A stretch of DNA of 64,000 nt from Octopus sinensis (GCF_006345805.1 NC_042998.1:179986001-180050000), one strand, 5' to 3'; counted from the first letter of the stretch, positions 35,970 through 48,605 are shown. Translations and numbers: made by a program. Notes: generated from the sequence alone by a model not told the origin.

Positions 35970-36858
35970 ACTATTATACAAAGAAATAGTTAGACGTCAA
36001 ATATCATAAAAAATATTAGAACTGGGAATCAAATGTGAAAATATTAACAAGTGGCTAGCTGAACCCTTCCACCAATGGAGGGTGGTCTTACTGCTAGTTT
36101 ATCTAATAAATCCACAACTGTTCAAAATATCTATGACATACAAACAAGTTTAGCAAGCTAAGGACGCTGCATTTGCGTTGCAGCTCGATCAGATATTAAT
36201 CGAAACCAAGCCCCTCTTGAAACACACTAAGAGACTCATTGAATATACTCTTCCAGAAAATAAGGCCAAGTCGATGTGGCTGGAATGCGTTTACTTCTAT
36301 GTATCTATGAACAAAGTTAAACTCGGTTTAAATAATAACAACAACAACTGGTGAATTACTGGAACGTAGATTTCACACGAAGTATTCACGTTTGAATTAA
36401 TATGCGCCGCTCAAGCAAATCTTGTTCTGTTTGAAATCTAACTGCGACGCCCATATGATTCTGGTTTTCTGAGTTGTCATCACCTTATTTGCTCAGAGAC
36501 ATCTTCATTTTAGCAGACAACAATGATTAAAATTCCACACATGCCACCCACATTGTACAAAATCTGTGTGAATGTGTGTGCGTTTGCATGTGTGTGTGCG
36601 TGGGTGCTTGCGTGTGTATTTCAATATTATATGTGGGGGTTATGAGTGTACATGTAGATAAAAAGAGGTCTAGGAAAAATAGGTTTACATGAATAAATAG
36701 TAGACATACCAAAACTGGTGGATTTTATTATGTTTAAGATTGTAAAAAGAACGAAGATGGGATAGAACAACATATGGCAAGAGGTGGGGAGTAGGTCACA
36801 GCTAAAGATAGTATCTTGGTGGGTTCTTCTCTCTGTTCCTTTTTATCTTTCTCTCCCT

Positions 36859-36918
<60 letters not shown>

Positions 36919-36935
36919 CATACATATATACATAC

Positions 36936-37004
<69 letters not shown>

Positions 37005-40000
37005 CACATACACACACATGTTTATGTGGGTTCACGTGCATGTGTATGTGTATAGAAATCAGCCTTCCAGAAACCCTCTCAGCTGGCTCTGGGAAAAAAA
37101 AACTATTCTTATTTGAAAGAGTTTTCTTAATAGCCATAATACTGTGAATTCCATGTTACCCTCACAGCTCCCTATTTTCCAGTTCCCTATAAATCTGAAA
37201 TAACAAAAACATTCCCACTGTAAGGGAAACACATTGCATTTTGATTGATGCTTGTCGTCTCTGCCTTACTCGTTTTCCTTGAATGCACCACTATCGTTTC
37301 TGTGTTTTTGTATTATTTAACATTTCTTATTTTTAATTCTACCATCTCATATAACTTGTAAAGGTAATTCTTTCACAAATCCTTTGAAGTAAAAATCCGG
37401 TGCTAAAGATTTAGAAATAAGATATATATATTTCCTCTACAGAAGAAAAAAAATTGCTATATCGTTATTAATATTTTCAGAAGAGTTTATTCTATTCCCA
37501 ACAACTTGTTGAACAAAGATAGTAAAGTATTTAGTGTCATGTCTAATGATACAAAGAAATAACTCGTGAAATTTGAACTCTCGACTAATAAATTGGCAAT
37601 CCAATAGCCTTTATATATTACACTCACCAAACATCCTTCTTTTCATTTTCCTCACCAGTCTTTTGTTTATTGCATGTACTACGTAAACTAACGACAGATC
37701 CTGTACGTAGTCATTAACCCTGTTATTGAAAATCATACACTGCCGATTTAAACCATGGACACAATGGATAATTTCTATATACACAATGCTAAATTAGATT
37801 AAAAAAACACAGAACGGAAAAGCAATGATTGCAAGTCTTTGATTATAAGGTCTGCTCACTTGGAATTGACATTCTGGCAAATAATATGTCCTATATTTAT
37901 CTTTTCAAAAGAACTTAATTTTGAAACACTATACCATAGTACATTACCAAATATTTGGTATAAAAGTAATTCAAGCAATAAAATGATATCATACTAGGCT
38001 TCTTATCTATTTCACCGAGATTTCCAGTTATTAAGAAGTTATTTCTTCTCTCTTCTTTCTAGTTTGTATGGTATGTAATAAAAGAACATAAAAAAGAAGG
38101 AAAAGAAAAGGCCACCCTGGCTCTCTTAAAAACAGTTTCCTTTCCCATAAAAGCAACAGTAAATTATGTTTAGATAACGTTTTGTTATATTTTCCAAGTT
38201 AAGCTGTTCTCTTTAAATATAAAACCTACATGGAAAGCTGATGTAGCTAATAGTTCAGTTAGAATTACCTCGAAATGAATTTGTTGTAAACTAAGACAAA
38301 TCATTTACAAATCTAATCAGTTTCGTATATGTTACTGCAGTAGCAAATTACATCTACGAACATAAAAGCGATTATTTCAATGCCCATTATGATTACAAAC
38401 TTCACTGTTTAGTGTTCATACGGTTAAAGCCTCGTCCGGTTTATTGCTGTTGTACATTATTAATTCACGTAATCGACACAAACATAGCGTGAGCGATATG
38501 ACTCCAGAGTATAAACAAGACGTAGTCTGTCAGATGTCTCGCGCCCGACATAATAATTTGCTTTTCATGAGAAATAGCAGGAAAATGTTTCTATCGACTG
38601 ACCAAAATGGAGAATAGGCCATAAACAATGTACTTATGTGGCACAAGGTTTATCGTATTCTTAGTAGGATGTTGCAGAATATGTGTGAAGAGTATTTGGT
38701 GTATTTGCTGTAATAGCTACGTTTCTGGAATTTCATCTTGTGATTGTGAGTGTCTAGTCAGACGGTATGAATTAACATTATAGTGTTAGACAATTTTATA
38801 GGTAAACATTACAATATATTTTGTGAGTAAAAGAATAATCTTAGATACCGAGCTCTGACTTAAAAGCAATGAATATCCAAATACAGTTCCTCCATCAACG
38901 TTATACGAAACCCTTGGCCACCAAATATTTAACTTGCAAGAACTCCGTAATATCAGAACACATGGAAGAATAAACATAGTAAGAGCACGCTTAGTAAGAA
39001 TAATGAAAACCTGTTCTCCTTGTGAAAATCGTATGAAATTCAAAAGCAAACACAACACTTTATTCCGTTATGCAGTTATCAGCGTCGACTTAATCTGTAA
39101 CCTTGTTTAACACCATCATCTAGCAGTGTGTGTGCCCTTGTGCAGAGTTTACTCTGTTGCAAACATTCGGATAAAGCTCCTGTTTGGCTGATACTTTCCC
39201 CCTCCTCTCCCACCAGTCCTGGAAACCTTTAAAGAGTCAAAGGCAATGTCTTCATCATGTCTGGAAGAAGGAAGAACAGAACCAGGGTAGACAAAGGAGC
39301 AAAAAAAAGCAACAAAAACGCAATAAGCATCATGAGAAATAACACAAACTGCTGGCCTTGTACCAAAATTTGAAACTAATATTTATAAGTTTAGATATAA
39401 TTTTAGAATATTGCAATGAAATTTGTTGCAACATCTTATGTTTTTAGGCGAAGAAATTATTTGACATGTGATAGGGAATGAAGACAATTATTCAACAGCA
39501 GGTGTTTTGCTCTTCCTCACCTTTCTTTTGAAAAATATAAAATACCTGGGCTTCTTTTTATTAAATGGTTTTATGAAGAATATATAAAATAGCAACTATA
39601 AATAATAAAATTTGGTCCTAACTTAGGAATTCGACAGGAACTTATCAACAAATTTACAGCATTCACTATTTGACTTGGATATCATGATGATAATGTATTT
39701 TGATGAGAAATGATACATCAGTTACTAAGCAAATAATAAACAACTTTTATATATATCCAAATGAGATAATAAATGTTTCATATCTAAAAGATCTAAATTG
39801 GAATTTATTAGCATAAAAAGCCATCATAATCTTGTTCTTGCTTTCTTTAATATAAGTTCTGCCTGTGTCTTTGATAATTATATCGCTATATTTTCAATAT
39901 ATCTCTTTGAATACTTTCCTCTGTTCTATACAAGAACGATTAAATATTGTTTAACATTGCATTCCAAGTCTATAACTATTAATAATGTTATGCTCCATTA

Positions 40001-40264
40001 GTCTATAGTAATTAAGAAATAAGTATGGTAATTTCACGGTATCACATAATATATCTGCTGGATATTATAGTCCCGTCAATACACCATTGACACGGAATGA
40101 AATGTTTTACTTCTGATATTTAGTATATAGCTGAGAGACTACGTCTATAAACTTTGTAAGACTGATGAGGTCGACGCATTAATGTCAATTATAAAAGAGG
40201 TGGGTATGAAGAAACTTTCATACAGACATATTTCTGTGGAAAACCGATAGGGGAAATTCTTCTA

Positions 40265-40340
40265 CAGCGGCAGGTTCCCAATTTTTTTAGCACCACGGAC
40301 CGCTTTCATGCAATACAAGTTTTCCACGGCCCGTGTGGTC
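40265..40340 (+). mobile_element. hAT (Charlie/MER1-like) terminal fragment
   Basis: CAGGTTCCCAATTTTTTTAGCACCACGGACCGCTTTCATGCAATACAAGTTTTCCACGG resembles recalled hAT MITE left ends; no partner TIR found. Confidence 0.5.
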
Positions 40341-40404
40341 ACGCATAATACAGAACACAATAAAATACATAATAAATAATTTAATTATTTCATGTACATT
40401 ATAA

Positions 40405-40628
40405 GTGCAGACGTGGTTCGGTTTCCCGGTTTCGTGGCGTGTAAATTCCGCACCCGGACGGGACACTGGTCCGTCGCAGGATTACTCATTTTTGCTAGCT
40501 GAATGGACTGGAGCAACAGGAAATGAAGTGTTTTGCTGAAGAACACAAAGCTTCACCCAGTCCAGGAATCGAAAGCACAATCTTACTGTCATTAGTCCAA
40601 TACCCTAACCACCAAGCCACGCGCCTCT
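40405..40628 (-). mobile_element. SINE family D
   Basis: Reverse complement of the 29560 copy (TGGACTGGAGCAAC, CCAGGAATCGAAA, CCCTAACCACCAAGCCACGCGCC). Confidence 0.8.
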
Positions 40629-40869
40629 ACATAGGACGGTTGTTTGCCAGAATCGTTAGGACACAGGATAAAACTGGTTGCGGTATTTGTTCAAACTCTT
40701 TACTTCCTGAAACAACTAAAGGACGGTGATTTGGCAAAATCAGTAAAATGCCGTATAAAATATTTTCGTAGTGTCTCATTATGTTCTGTGTTTAAAACAT
40801 GCCAATATCAACGCTGGTTTCCATATTTTCAAAGTTGGTTCGATTCTCTGACTAAACCATGCAATATGT

Positions 40870-41032
40870 TTTTGAGCAAAACACTTCATTTTACGTTGCT
40901 CCAGCTGGGATTGTTGGCATGCTAGCCTACCCAGCGGGGTAACGTCGTTTAAAGGCTAAAAGAATGCAAAAGCGCACTGTAACCAGCGATTTGTATCATC
41001 TGATAACCTGGTCGGTCGCGTGACCATGTGAT
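40870..41032 (+). mobile_element. SINE with family-D core and the same tail as 48666-48790
   Basis: TTGAGCAAAACACTTCATTTTACGTTGCTCCAG then CCAGCGGGGT.ACGTC.TTT.AAGGCTAAAA.AATGC.AAGCGCA. Confidence 0.75.
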
Positions 41033-41444
41033 AAATTTAGTACCATTCAGGCAATGGTGTAGATTTAATCGATTATTTCCAGACTCTAGCTCTGCGAATT
41101 TGTGCAGAGACTAGAAGTCATTAATATGGAAGTTATATACATTTATAAAGATATATTCAACACTGAACTTATATTCGACACTGTTTAAGCTATTTCTATT
41201 GTTTGCTAAGTATTCCTGTCACTAAATTTCTATTCCCCGTGGAAACTGTCTCCTTTCAAGCATATCGCTAATACCGCGAGAAATATGCCAACGACTTACT
41301 TATCGTTTCTATTTTCTTGAAGTCTATAGACCCGATTTCTCACTGGGAATACATTGGATTCAGAAAAGAGAAAAAGGAGATATTTGCTGATTCCCCCCCC
41401 CCCCCAAATTTAAACTCCTTTCGATCTCTCTCTCCCTCTCTCAA

Positions 41445-44400
41445 GGTCGGGCGGATTTCTTTCAACGTCTAGAAGTTTTCTTGGGAACGTCTCGTCCTTT
41501 ACTCTTAGTGGGGGATTGGAATGCTACCTTGGACACGCATGTAGACTACGTGGGTAGAGATAGGAATAGACGGGGATGCAAATGCCTCAGAGACCTGCTC
41601 AGACGCTTTCAACTGTCTGACAGGTTTCGACTAGACCACCCGAATGCGCCAACGTGACATGGAGCAACCGCATCGGGTCGTCGAGATCGTATCTAGATAG
41701 GATACTGTGTAGGACAGTAGATAGAGATAGCATAGGATGTCCACAATTCCACATAGTCAGCTACACGGATCACAACTTGTGACATGTACGCTAGACTTAG
41801 GTAAGACACTTAGGCAGGGTCCCGGATACTGGAAACTAAACGCGTCTTTCCCATCGAGACAAGTTTTCAGAGACCGGATTAGCACACTAGTAAAGAGGGC
41901 TTTGACGGGAGCCATCATCAACAACAAATGGTGGTTTGCCCTCAAGAGAGCAGTAAAAGCAGAAGCGATTAGGTACAGCAAAGCACTAGCCATAGATAGA
42001 AATAGAGTAGAGGGTGAGCTAGTTAAGAAGCTAGAAGAGGCAATTAGAAGCGGCATCGCATCCGACGTTTTGGCGGCGAGGTTGGCCCTCGACCAACACT
42101 TCAACGCCAAACACGAAGGATGTGCTGTCAGAGCTAGGATGCGTGCTCTAAGGAACGAAGGTGTTGGAGCCGCGAGAGAGGCCCGGGTGGCAGAGGCGCA
42201 ACAGGGCAACAAAGCCACCATTCGGTCACTGGTAGATGAACAGGGGCGAATTGCTCGAGCCAAGTAAAATGTGTGAGGCCTTTCAGCAGCATTTTGCCCG
42301 ACTGTTCGGAACGAGTGGAGGGCAAGAACGTAGGGTGGACTTCAGTGCCTACCTACATAGCCTACCACGACTCTCGACAAGAAAGGCAGGGTGCTGCGAA
42401 GGTGCCATCACGGCGGCGGAAGTGCGGGAAGCGATGGCAGAATGCTCGAGGGACAAATCACCGGGTTTGGATGGTCTACCCTACGAGCTTTACAATTGTA
42501 TGCCAGACTTGTTTGGAGATCTCTTGGCGGCGGTGTACTGCAACTGGCAGCAAAACGGGAGCATTCCTGGTTTTGTGAGCCGAGGAGCCGTAACACTGCT
42601 GAAGAAAGATCTAAACAAGGGAAATGTAATAGATAACTTTAGGCCCATCACTCTGCTTAATGCAGACTTGAAAATTTTGGCCAAGGTGCTAGCCAAGAGG
42701 TTGGCGCTTGTCATCGAGAAACTGGTCGACAAGGCGCAAACATGCGCCGTGCCAGGCCGGACCATCCATGACAACCTCCATCTGATGCGCTACATCATAG
42801 ACAGGGTAGTTAACGAACCTGGCATGGGTGGGGCCCTGATCAACTTGGATCAATCAAAAGCCTTTGATGGGGTAGACCATCGATACTTGGAGGCAGTCCT
42901 GAGAGCGGCTGGTTTCGGTCCCGTCTTCCGCGGCTGGATAGCTGCCTTGTACAGAGGCATCCGTTCGGTAATTCGCGTAAATGGACATCTATCGAGACCT
43001 TTCGACATTGCACGTTCGGTCCGTCAGGGATGCCCCCTCTCGGCGCTTCTATACGTATTGACTCTTGAGCCACTACTACTGCGGAAGCTGGCGACTCTAA
43101 GGGGCATCCCGCGAGAATTGGGATGCGGGACGAGCGTGTCTGCATACGCGGACGACGTCACGGTCATAGTGTCTAGCCACGAGCACATCGAGCTGGTCGG
43201 CGAGACACTGAAAAACTACGAAGCGGTGACAGGAGCGAAAATCAACCGGGAAAAGTCAGTGGGCTTGCGACTAGGCACCTGGAGAAGCAAGCCCATGCCG
43301 TCCACCAGCGCCTCCGTCGTGGGACGCTGGACCGACGGCCCGGTTGAGTTGCTCGGGGTCTGGTTTGGTCCGGACCTCCAAGTGGAGAAGAACTGGAACG
43401 AGATAACGAGTAGGGTGGTGACTCTCGCCCGGCAATGGGCCGAGAGGAAACTGTCCCTAAAAGGTCGAGCGGAGGTGGCGAACACGTACATCGCGTCCGT
43501 CATCTACTACCGCCTGACCGTCGTACCTTGTCCCGACCCTACCATCACCAAACTACAACGCATCCTCTTTCGCTTCTTGTGGAAAGGATGCGTCCCGATG
43601 GTCAGGCGATCCATTTGCTGTCAACACCCGTTAAAAGGAGGGCTGGGCATGCCGTGGTTGATGATGCGCAGACACGCGCTGAGACTGCGACATCTCTGGC
43701 TCTATGTAGACGACGGTGAACAGGTGTGGTCGCCGTTTGTGAGGCACGCTTTCCCGCAGCTCGTCTCCATGACCGAACTGCAGTCGTGGATCAAAAAGAG
43801 GCCGAGGAAGGGCGAATGGCACCGCGAGTGTCGCGTTGCTCTCAAGCAAGTCTGCCGTCCTGGGTCGACCTTAAGTGACTTCAACACAACCAAAGCATTC
43901 TATAGGGGTTTAGTGGAGGGAGGTACGACGACGAGCTCGGGGCGAACCTGGACGTCGACGAGGAGTGCCTGACCCGCCTGTTCGGGACGACTTTCGGGCC
44001 AGGGCCCTGGACAACTTCCAGAGATCCCTGGCCTGGCAGTGCTACCGAGAAGCGCTACCCGTTCGGGATAAGCTCTACAGACACGGCTCGAGAAACACGG
44101 GGCCGACCTGCCCGAGATGCGGTCAGAGCGACGAAACCGTTCTACACGCACTCGTTCAGTGTCCAACAATTTCCGACTGTGGGCTTATGTCGAACAACTG
44201 CTGTCACGTGTGGGACGAGTCGGTTTATCAGCTGAGTCTATCGTCAATATTGTCACGCCTCCTTCCTTCAAACGGGAAGGAAGAGCTATTTTCATCATCC
44301 TTGTGGCTATGGCGAAAGAATGTATCTGGTGGACGCGTCTGAAAGGATTGGAGACAAACACTTTCCTCTCTGGTCAATCTCTCATCAACTTCTTCAAGTA

Positions 44401-44940
44401 CCACTTGAAAAGGAAAGTGAGAGTAGAGAGGCAAGTTTTGTCTAGCGAATGTTTTAAAAAAAGATGGGTGAATGTAGCAAGAATGGCACGTATGAATGAC
44501 GAAGCCACCTTGAGCATAGTCCTATGAACCCAGAAATCGAAAACAGAGAGTTACTTATTTGCAAAAAAAAAAAAAAAAAAAAGAAATATAAAATGTGACT
44601 TCATTGACCGAGGTTACCGTGGTCTTTTCCGTAGGCTTTTCTTTCCACGGGTAAACCTCACCTGTCCTCCCCTTTACACTTCATATTGACATTTCTGTGA
44701 TAACGATCCCTATTGATCATTTTTTTTTTTTTTTTTTTTTTCCTCTCCCCCTTTTTTTTTTTTTTTTTTTTTTTTCCTCTCCCCCTTTTTTTTTGTCCTC
44801 TTTCTCTCCTTTTACGATCCTTTTGATCGAACCTCCCCCCTCTATTTTTTTTTTTTTTTTTTTTTTAATACCTTCAAAAGAAAAGCTCTACCTTGTAATT
44901 TGTTCTATCTGTGTGCAGCCCTGTGTGGCTAATAAAGAAA
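41445..44940 (+). mobile_element. Young GC-rich Tx1/L1-like LINE, 5'-truncated within the APE domain
   Basis: LLLVGDWNATLD, YLDRI, YWKLNAS, RT motifs, zf-RVT CPRCGQSDETVLHALVQC, stop at 44527, 3' UTR ending AATAAAGAAA followed by (TATC)n. Confidence 0.95.
42236..43972 (+). CDS. Tx1-like ORF2 reverse transcriptase; 578-aa open segment of a frameshifted ORF2
   Basis: KSPGLDGLPYELY, FRPITLLNADLKILAK, LDQSKAFD, VRQGCPLS, YADDVT, GGLG. Confidence 0.92.
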   Translation: MNRGELLEPSKMCEAFQQHFARLFGTSGGQERRVDFSAYLHSLPRLSTRKAGCCEGAITAAEVREAMAECSRDKSPGLDGLPYELYNCMPDLFGDLLAAVYCNWQQNGSIPGFVSRGAVTLLKKDLNKGNVIDNFRPITLLNADLKILAKVLAKRLALVIEKLVDKAQTCAVPGRTIHDNLHLMRYIIDRVVNEPGMGGALINLDQSKAFDGVDHRYLEAVLRAAGFGPVFRGWIAALYRGIRSVIRVNGHLSRPFDIARSVRQGCPLSALLYVLTLEPLLLRKLATLRGIPRELGCGTSVSAYADDVTVIVSSHEHIELVGETLKNYEAVTGAKINREKSVGLRLGTWRSKPMPSTSASVVGRWTDGPVELLGVWFGPDLQVEKNWNEITSRVVTLARQWAERKLSLKGRAEVANTYIASVIYYRLTVVPCPDPTITKLQRILFRFLWKGCVPMVRRSICCQHPLKGGLGMPWLMMRRHALRLRHLWLYVDDGEQVWSPFVRHAFPQLVSMTELQSWIKKRPRKGEWHRECRVALKQVCRPGSTLSDFNTTKAFYRGLVEGGTTTSSGRTWTSTRSA

Positions 44941-44941
44941 C

Positions 44942-44942
44942 A

Positions 44943-44996
<54 letters not shown>

Positions 44997-45045
44997 CGTT
45001 TCTATCTATCTATCTATCTATCTATCTATCAATCTACGTTTCTAT

Positions 45046-45105
<60 letters not shown>

Positions 45106-45133
45106 TTATCTATCTATTAATCTACGTTTCTAT

Positions 45134-45192
<59 letters not shown>

Positions 45193-45193
45193 A
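44942..45193. repeat. (TATC)n microsatellite with three CTACGTTTCTAT interruptions
   Basis: Read directly from sequence. Confidence 0.95.
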
Positions 45194-45329
45194 CCTTTAC
45201 TTCAAGGAACCAATGTTGTTAATATGTAACAATTAGGCGAAAAGATGCAACATTTTCTCGTCACTCAAAGAGCCACTACAGCTCCCTATTATCAGAACAA
45301 TATAAAAATACAACTCAGAAAAAAAAACC

Positions 45330-45860
45330 CCCAGTCCTTTACGTTACCCTTCTCAATAGAATTCCGAAAACATCATTAATTCGTTTCGGACCAAGTAAGT
45401 CTAGTCTCTGCCGACTATCATCTTACTGCACTCCAAGTATTTCAAAGATAATGTAAACAACCGTTAACGGAAATATTCTCAACCCCTATCGATCTCTTTT
45501 CGTCTCTTTCTACAACTTCAACAAAGGCAAATCCACTGGACGTTCTTCTATCTTATGTCAAATTCTAGTGGAACGTCGCTTAAAAAAATTTGGTGAAAAT
45601 ATGATGTTACTTTCGATATTAGCAAAAATGACCATATCTGGTATACAAATCTCTTATTTGAAACTACCCAGCTACAGGATCGACATCTTCCTATCAGATC
45701 GCACAGTTGGAGCATGTGTCGGAGAGGATCTTTCTGTCCTACATTCAATCAACATAGGTGTGACTCAGATTTAGGTCCTACCCCCACTCCCATTCTTCTT
45801 CTGTACATCAAGGATCTACTTGTAATGATATGCCCAACAGCCCTTTCTTCTGTTAATTTA
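45330..45860 (+). mobile_element. Degraded CR1/Jockey-group RT fragment
   Basis: Frameshifted KSTGR...FGE..., LKLPSY.IDIFLSDR...SINIGV.Q..GP...LLLYIKDLL. Confidence 0.7.
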
Positions 45861-47635
45861 CTCGCTTCCTCTTTGGGGAGCAAAAAAGCCACAGTTTACG
45901 AGAATTAACATACACTTAATTTAAATGGTTCTGAGAAAGCTATAAGACGTTGCACTAGCGCTCAGTATTGAGTTCAATGTCCTTTATTGCAGAAACAACC
46001 GTATACTAATACAACTGACACCGTATCACCTGTTCCTTTTTTGTCATTCGTTAATTGATATCCTTACTTCTCAGACGCTTTACTCTAAAGCATAAATATA
46101 TTGCGATCTAACTGCTGGTGATTGGTATCGCTATATCTAAGACAAATCATAATGTATGTGTGTGTGTGCGTGCATGAGTGTGTGTGTGTGTGTGCGTGCA
46201 TGAGTGTGTGTGTGTGTGCGCGCGTATTTGTATGTGGTTTTGTGTGAGTGTACTTGTGCGCCAATCTGAATACATGTAATTATTCAAATATGATATAATT
46301 ATATCTGTCTTATCTCCTAATCGGGTTACACCAACACACATTCCAAGCAGACTTTGGTCTGTTTTTTTTTTGTATGCCACATCGTTGTTGCTAGTTATTT
46401 AATAAACAAACAAAAACATTAAAGCATGATCTCCCTGAACTATTTCTCGTTATTTTTTACGTATTTTCTGTCAAACCTAGTTTTCTTTGCTTAGGAAATC
46501 CGATATATAACAGCACTCTTCTGGAATCAGAAGATTCTGGATTAATCCCTAGGTGGGAAATTTGAGGTTATCTATGAGATAAAGTTTCAAGTGTTCAGTT
46601 AAGCATGAAATTATTAGCTACTAAATCTTAATAATTATTGTCTATTAAAAGCAACAAATTTCAAAAGCAGGCCATTTTACTGTAGTCACGTTGCAAATTC
46701 TCTCTAGAACCTCATGAATGCCATGGAACCTCATTCGCATTCGATTCTTTGCTTAAGTAAGAGGGAATAAGGAGAACGTGGCGAATAGTGAACCAAGTCT
46801 TTTATTAAGTCTTCATATCCAAATGCTTTACATTATCTCTAAACTTGATATGTTTATATAATATTAACTTCTTTTAGTCACCATTCCTTGTAAACATGTA
46901 TTATAATTTTCACCCCAGCGACATACGTCTACTCATATTACTTACAAATATCATCTGCTGGGAGTATTTGAAAATATCCCTCATCAATTTCTTACTTACG
47001 AGATACTGCTGACAGGGTTTTCACACTAATATCTATATGAATAGGTTTTCCGATGGTATCACAAACTATCTTGTAACATCATCTGTAGTCATTATTAGCG
47101 ATCAACACTTGTTTACATCATCTGTGAATGTAATTTGCATGAAGCATCTGCAAATACCTCAGGCTCATTTTCTGATACGATATGCTGAACTCGATAAGAG
47201 ATATCATTAGACGATGTCATCGTTCATATAATTGTTTGTATTCCCATGTACATAAACCCCTCTCTTCATCTATTAATCTCTCCTTGAAACATCGTTATGC
47301 TATTCTTAATTAATGTTTAGAATTAGCGGACATGTTATACAAACGTTATTTATTCATATCACATATTCATATCAGCATATAGAATTACACATAGATATGA
47401 ACTATTAGTGTTGAAAGCATTTGACTATTCTGCAAGCCGTATTTAATTATGTTTAACTTTAATTATTCCTTTGTAGTGAAGGCTTGCATGTATTTAGATA
47501 GTAGCTTTAATTGAGTTTCAAAACATTATCGCTATTCTGTTTTACCAGATTTGAATTTTAATAATATAAACAAAAGGAAAGTTAACCGTTAGTCATTTTT
47601 TATTTTTATAACCAGTGAAACACCTTCTTGGTGTT

Positions 47636-47869
47636 TCGTTCACTAGATAACAATGGCACTCTTCTTTTAATTTTGATTCTATATCTTCAGGGGGAGTTAC
47701 TGCAATGCTTTCTATATAAACCAAAATGAAGTAGATTGACAAATTTATTTTTTTGAACCAGTTGAAGACACACAAGATGTCGAAATATCGTTCACTAGAT
47801 AACAATGGCACTATTCTTTTAATTTTGACTCTATATCTTCAGGAGGAGTTACCTCAATCCTTTCTATAT
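47636..47869. repeat. Direct repeat of about 80 bp with a 152-bp period (47636-47717 and 47788-47869)
   Basis: TCGTTCACTAGATAACAATGGCACT.TTCTTTTAATTTTGA.TCTATATCTTCAGG.GGAGTTAC occurs twice. Confidence 0.9.
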
Positions 47870-48444
47870 TAATAATAATAGTAATAATAATTATGAATAA
47901 TGAGTTTTAGTATATAAGAGTAAAACTACATAATGAATACAGCAAAATAAAGGTAAAATAAATTTTATACTCATGTTTGTATACATGTGTGCTCATGTGC
48001 ATGCCTATAAGCATATGCCTTTTATTGTTTACAGTTTTCATTTTTTCTGAGAGAAATTTACAGATCATTTGTATGGTCAGTCCTCGAAAACTTCCCCAAA
48101 TAAGTACTAAATTTAACTAAGAAATTCTTTTTTCCCGTATTTTTAATCGCTAAAATAGTGGCACGTAACAAAAGGCAAGTGTGCTTTCCGTTGTCATTGC
48201 CTGATATCTATGATTGATCTTTCTAAATATTTTCTTTATCAACTTGCTCAAGATATTTTGTTTTTTATAAATGGGAAAGAGACAGATAGAGAAAGATAGA
48301 GAGTAAGAGAAAAGGAAGGAGAGTCCGAGAGAAAGGAAGAGTAAGAGAGTGGAAAAGTGAGGGAGAAAGGAGAGAGAAACAAAGAGGGAGAATGTAGCTA
48401 TAAGAAACAGAAAGAGAGCGACAAAAAGAAAAAATCACACCCTC

Positions 48445-48477
48445 ACCCGCGCGTAGACCGGGTCACCTTAAGCTAGT
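48445..48477 (+). mobile_element. Helitron-like 3' terminus
   Basis: GC-rich hairpin ACCCG-CGCGTAGAC-CGGGT, 9 nt spacer, CTAG then T; preceded by a purine-rich low-complexity body. Confidence 0.55.
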
Positions 48478-48605
48478 ATATATATAAGCAAATGATCTAT
48501 ATAAGACTTTATTGAACAAAATTCAACAAATTTCATCGAATAAATGAAATGAATCAGATAAGATGTGAAAAGGGATTCTCTTTTTATTCCACAATCCTAA
48601 ATATA

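Noticed and set aside
41757-44434. Many overlapping and antisense ORFs over the Tx1 element
   Set aside because: Expected by-product of GC-rich coding DNA; no independent motifs
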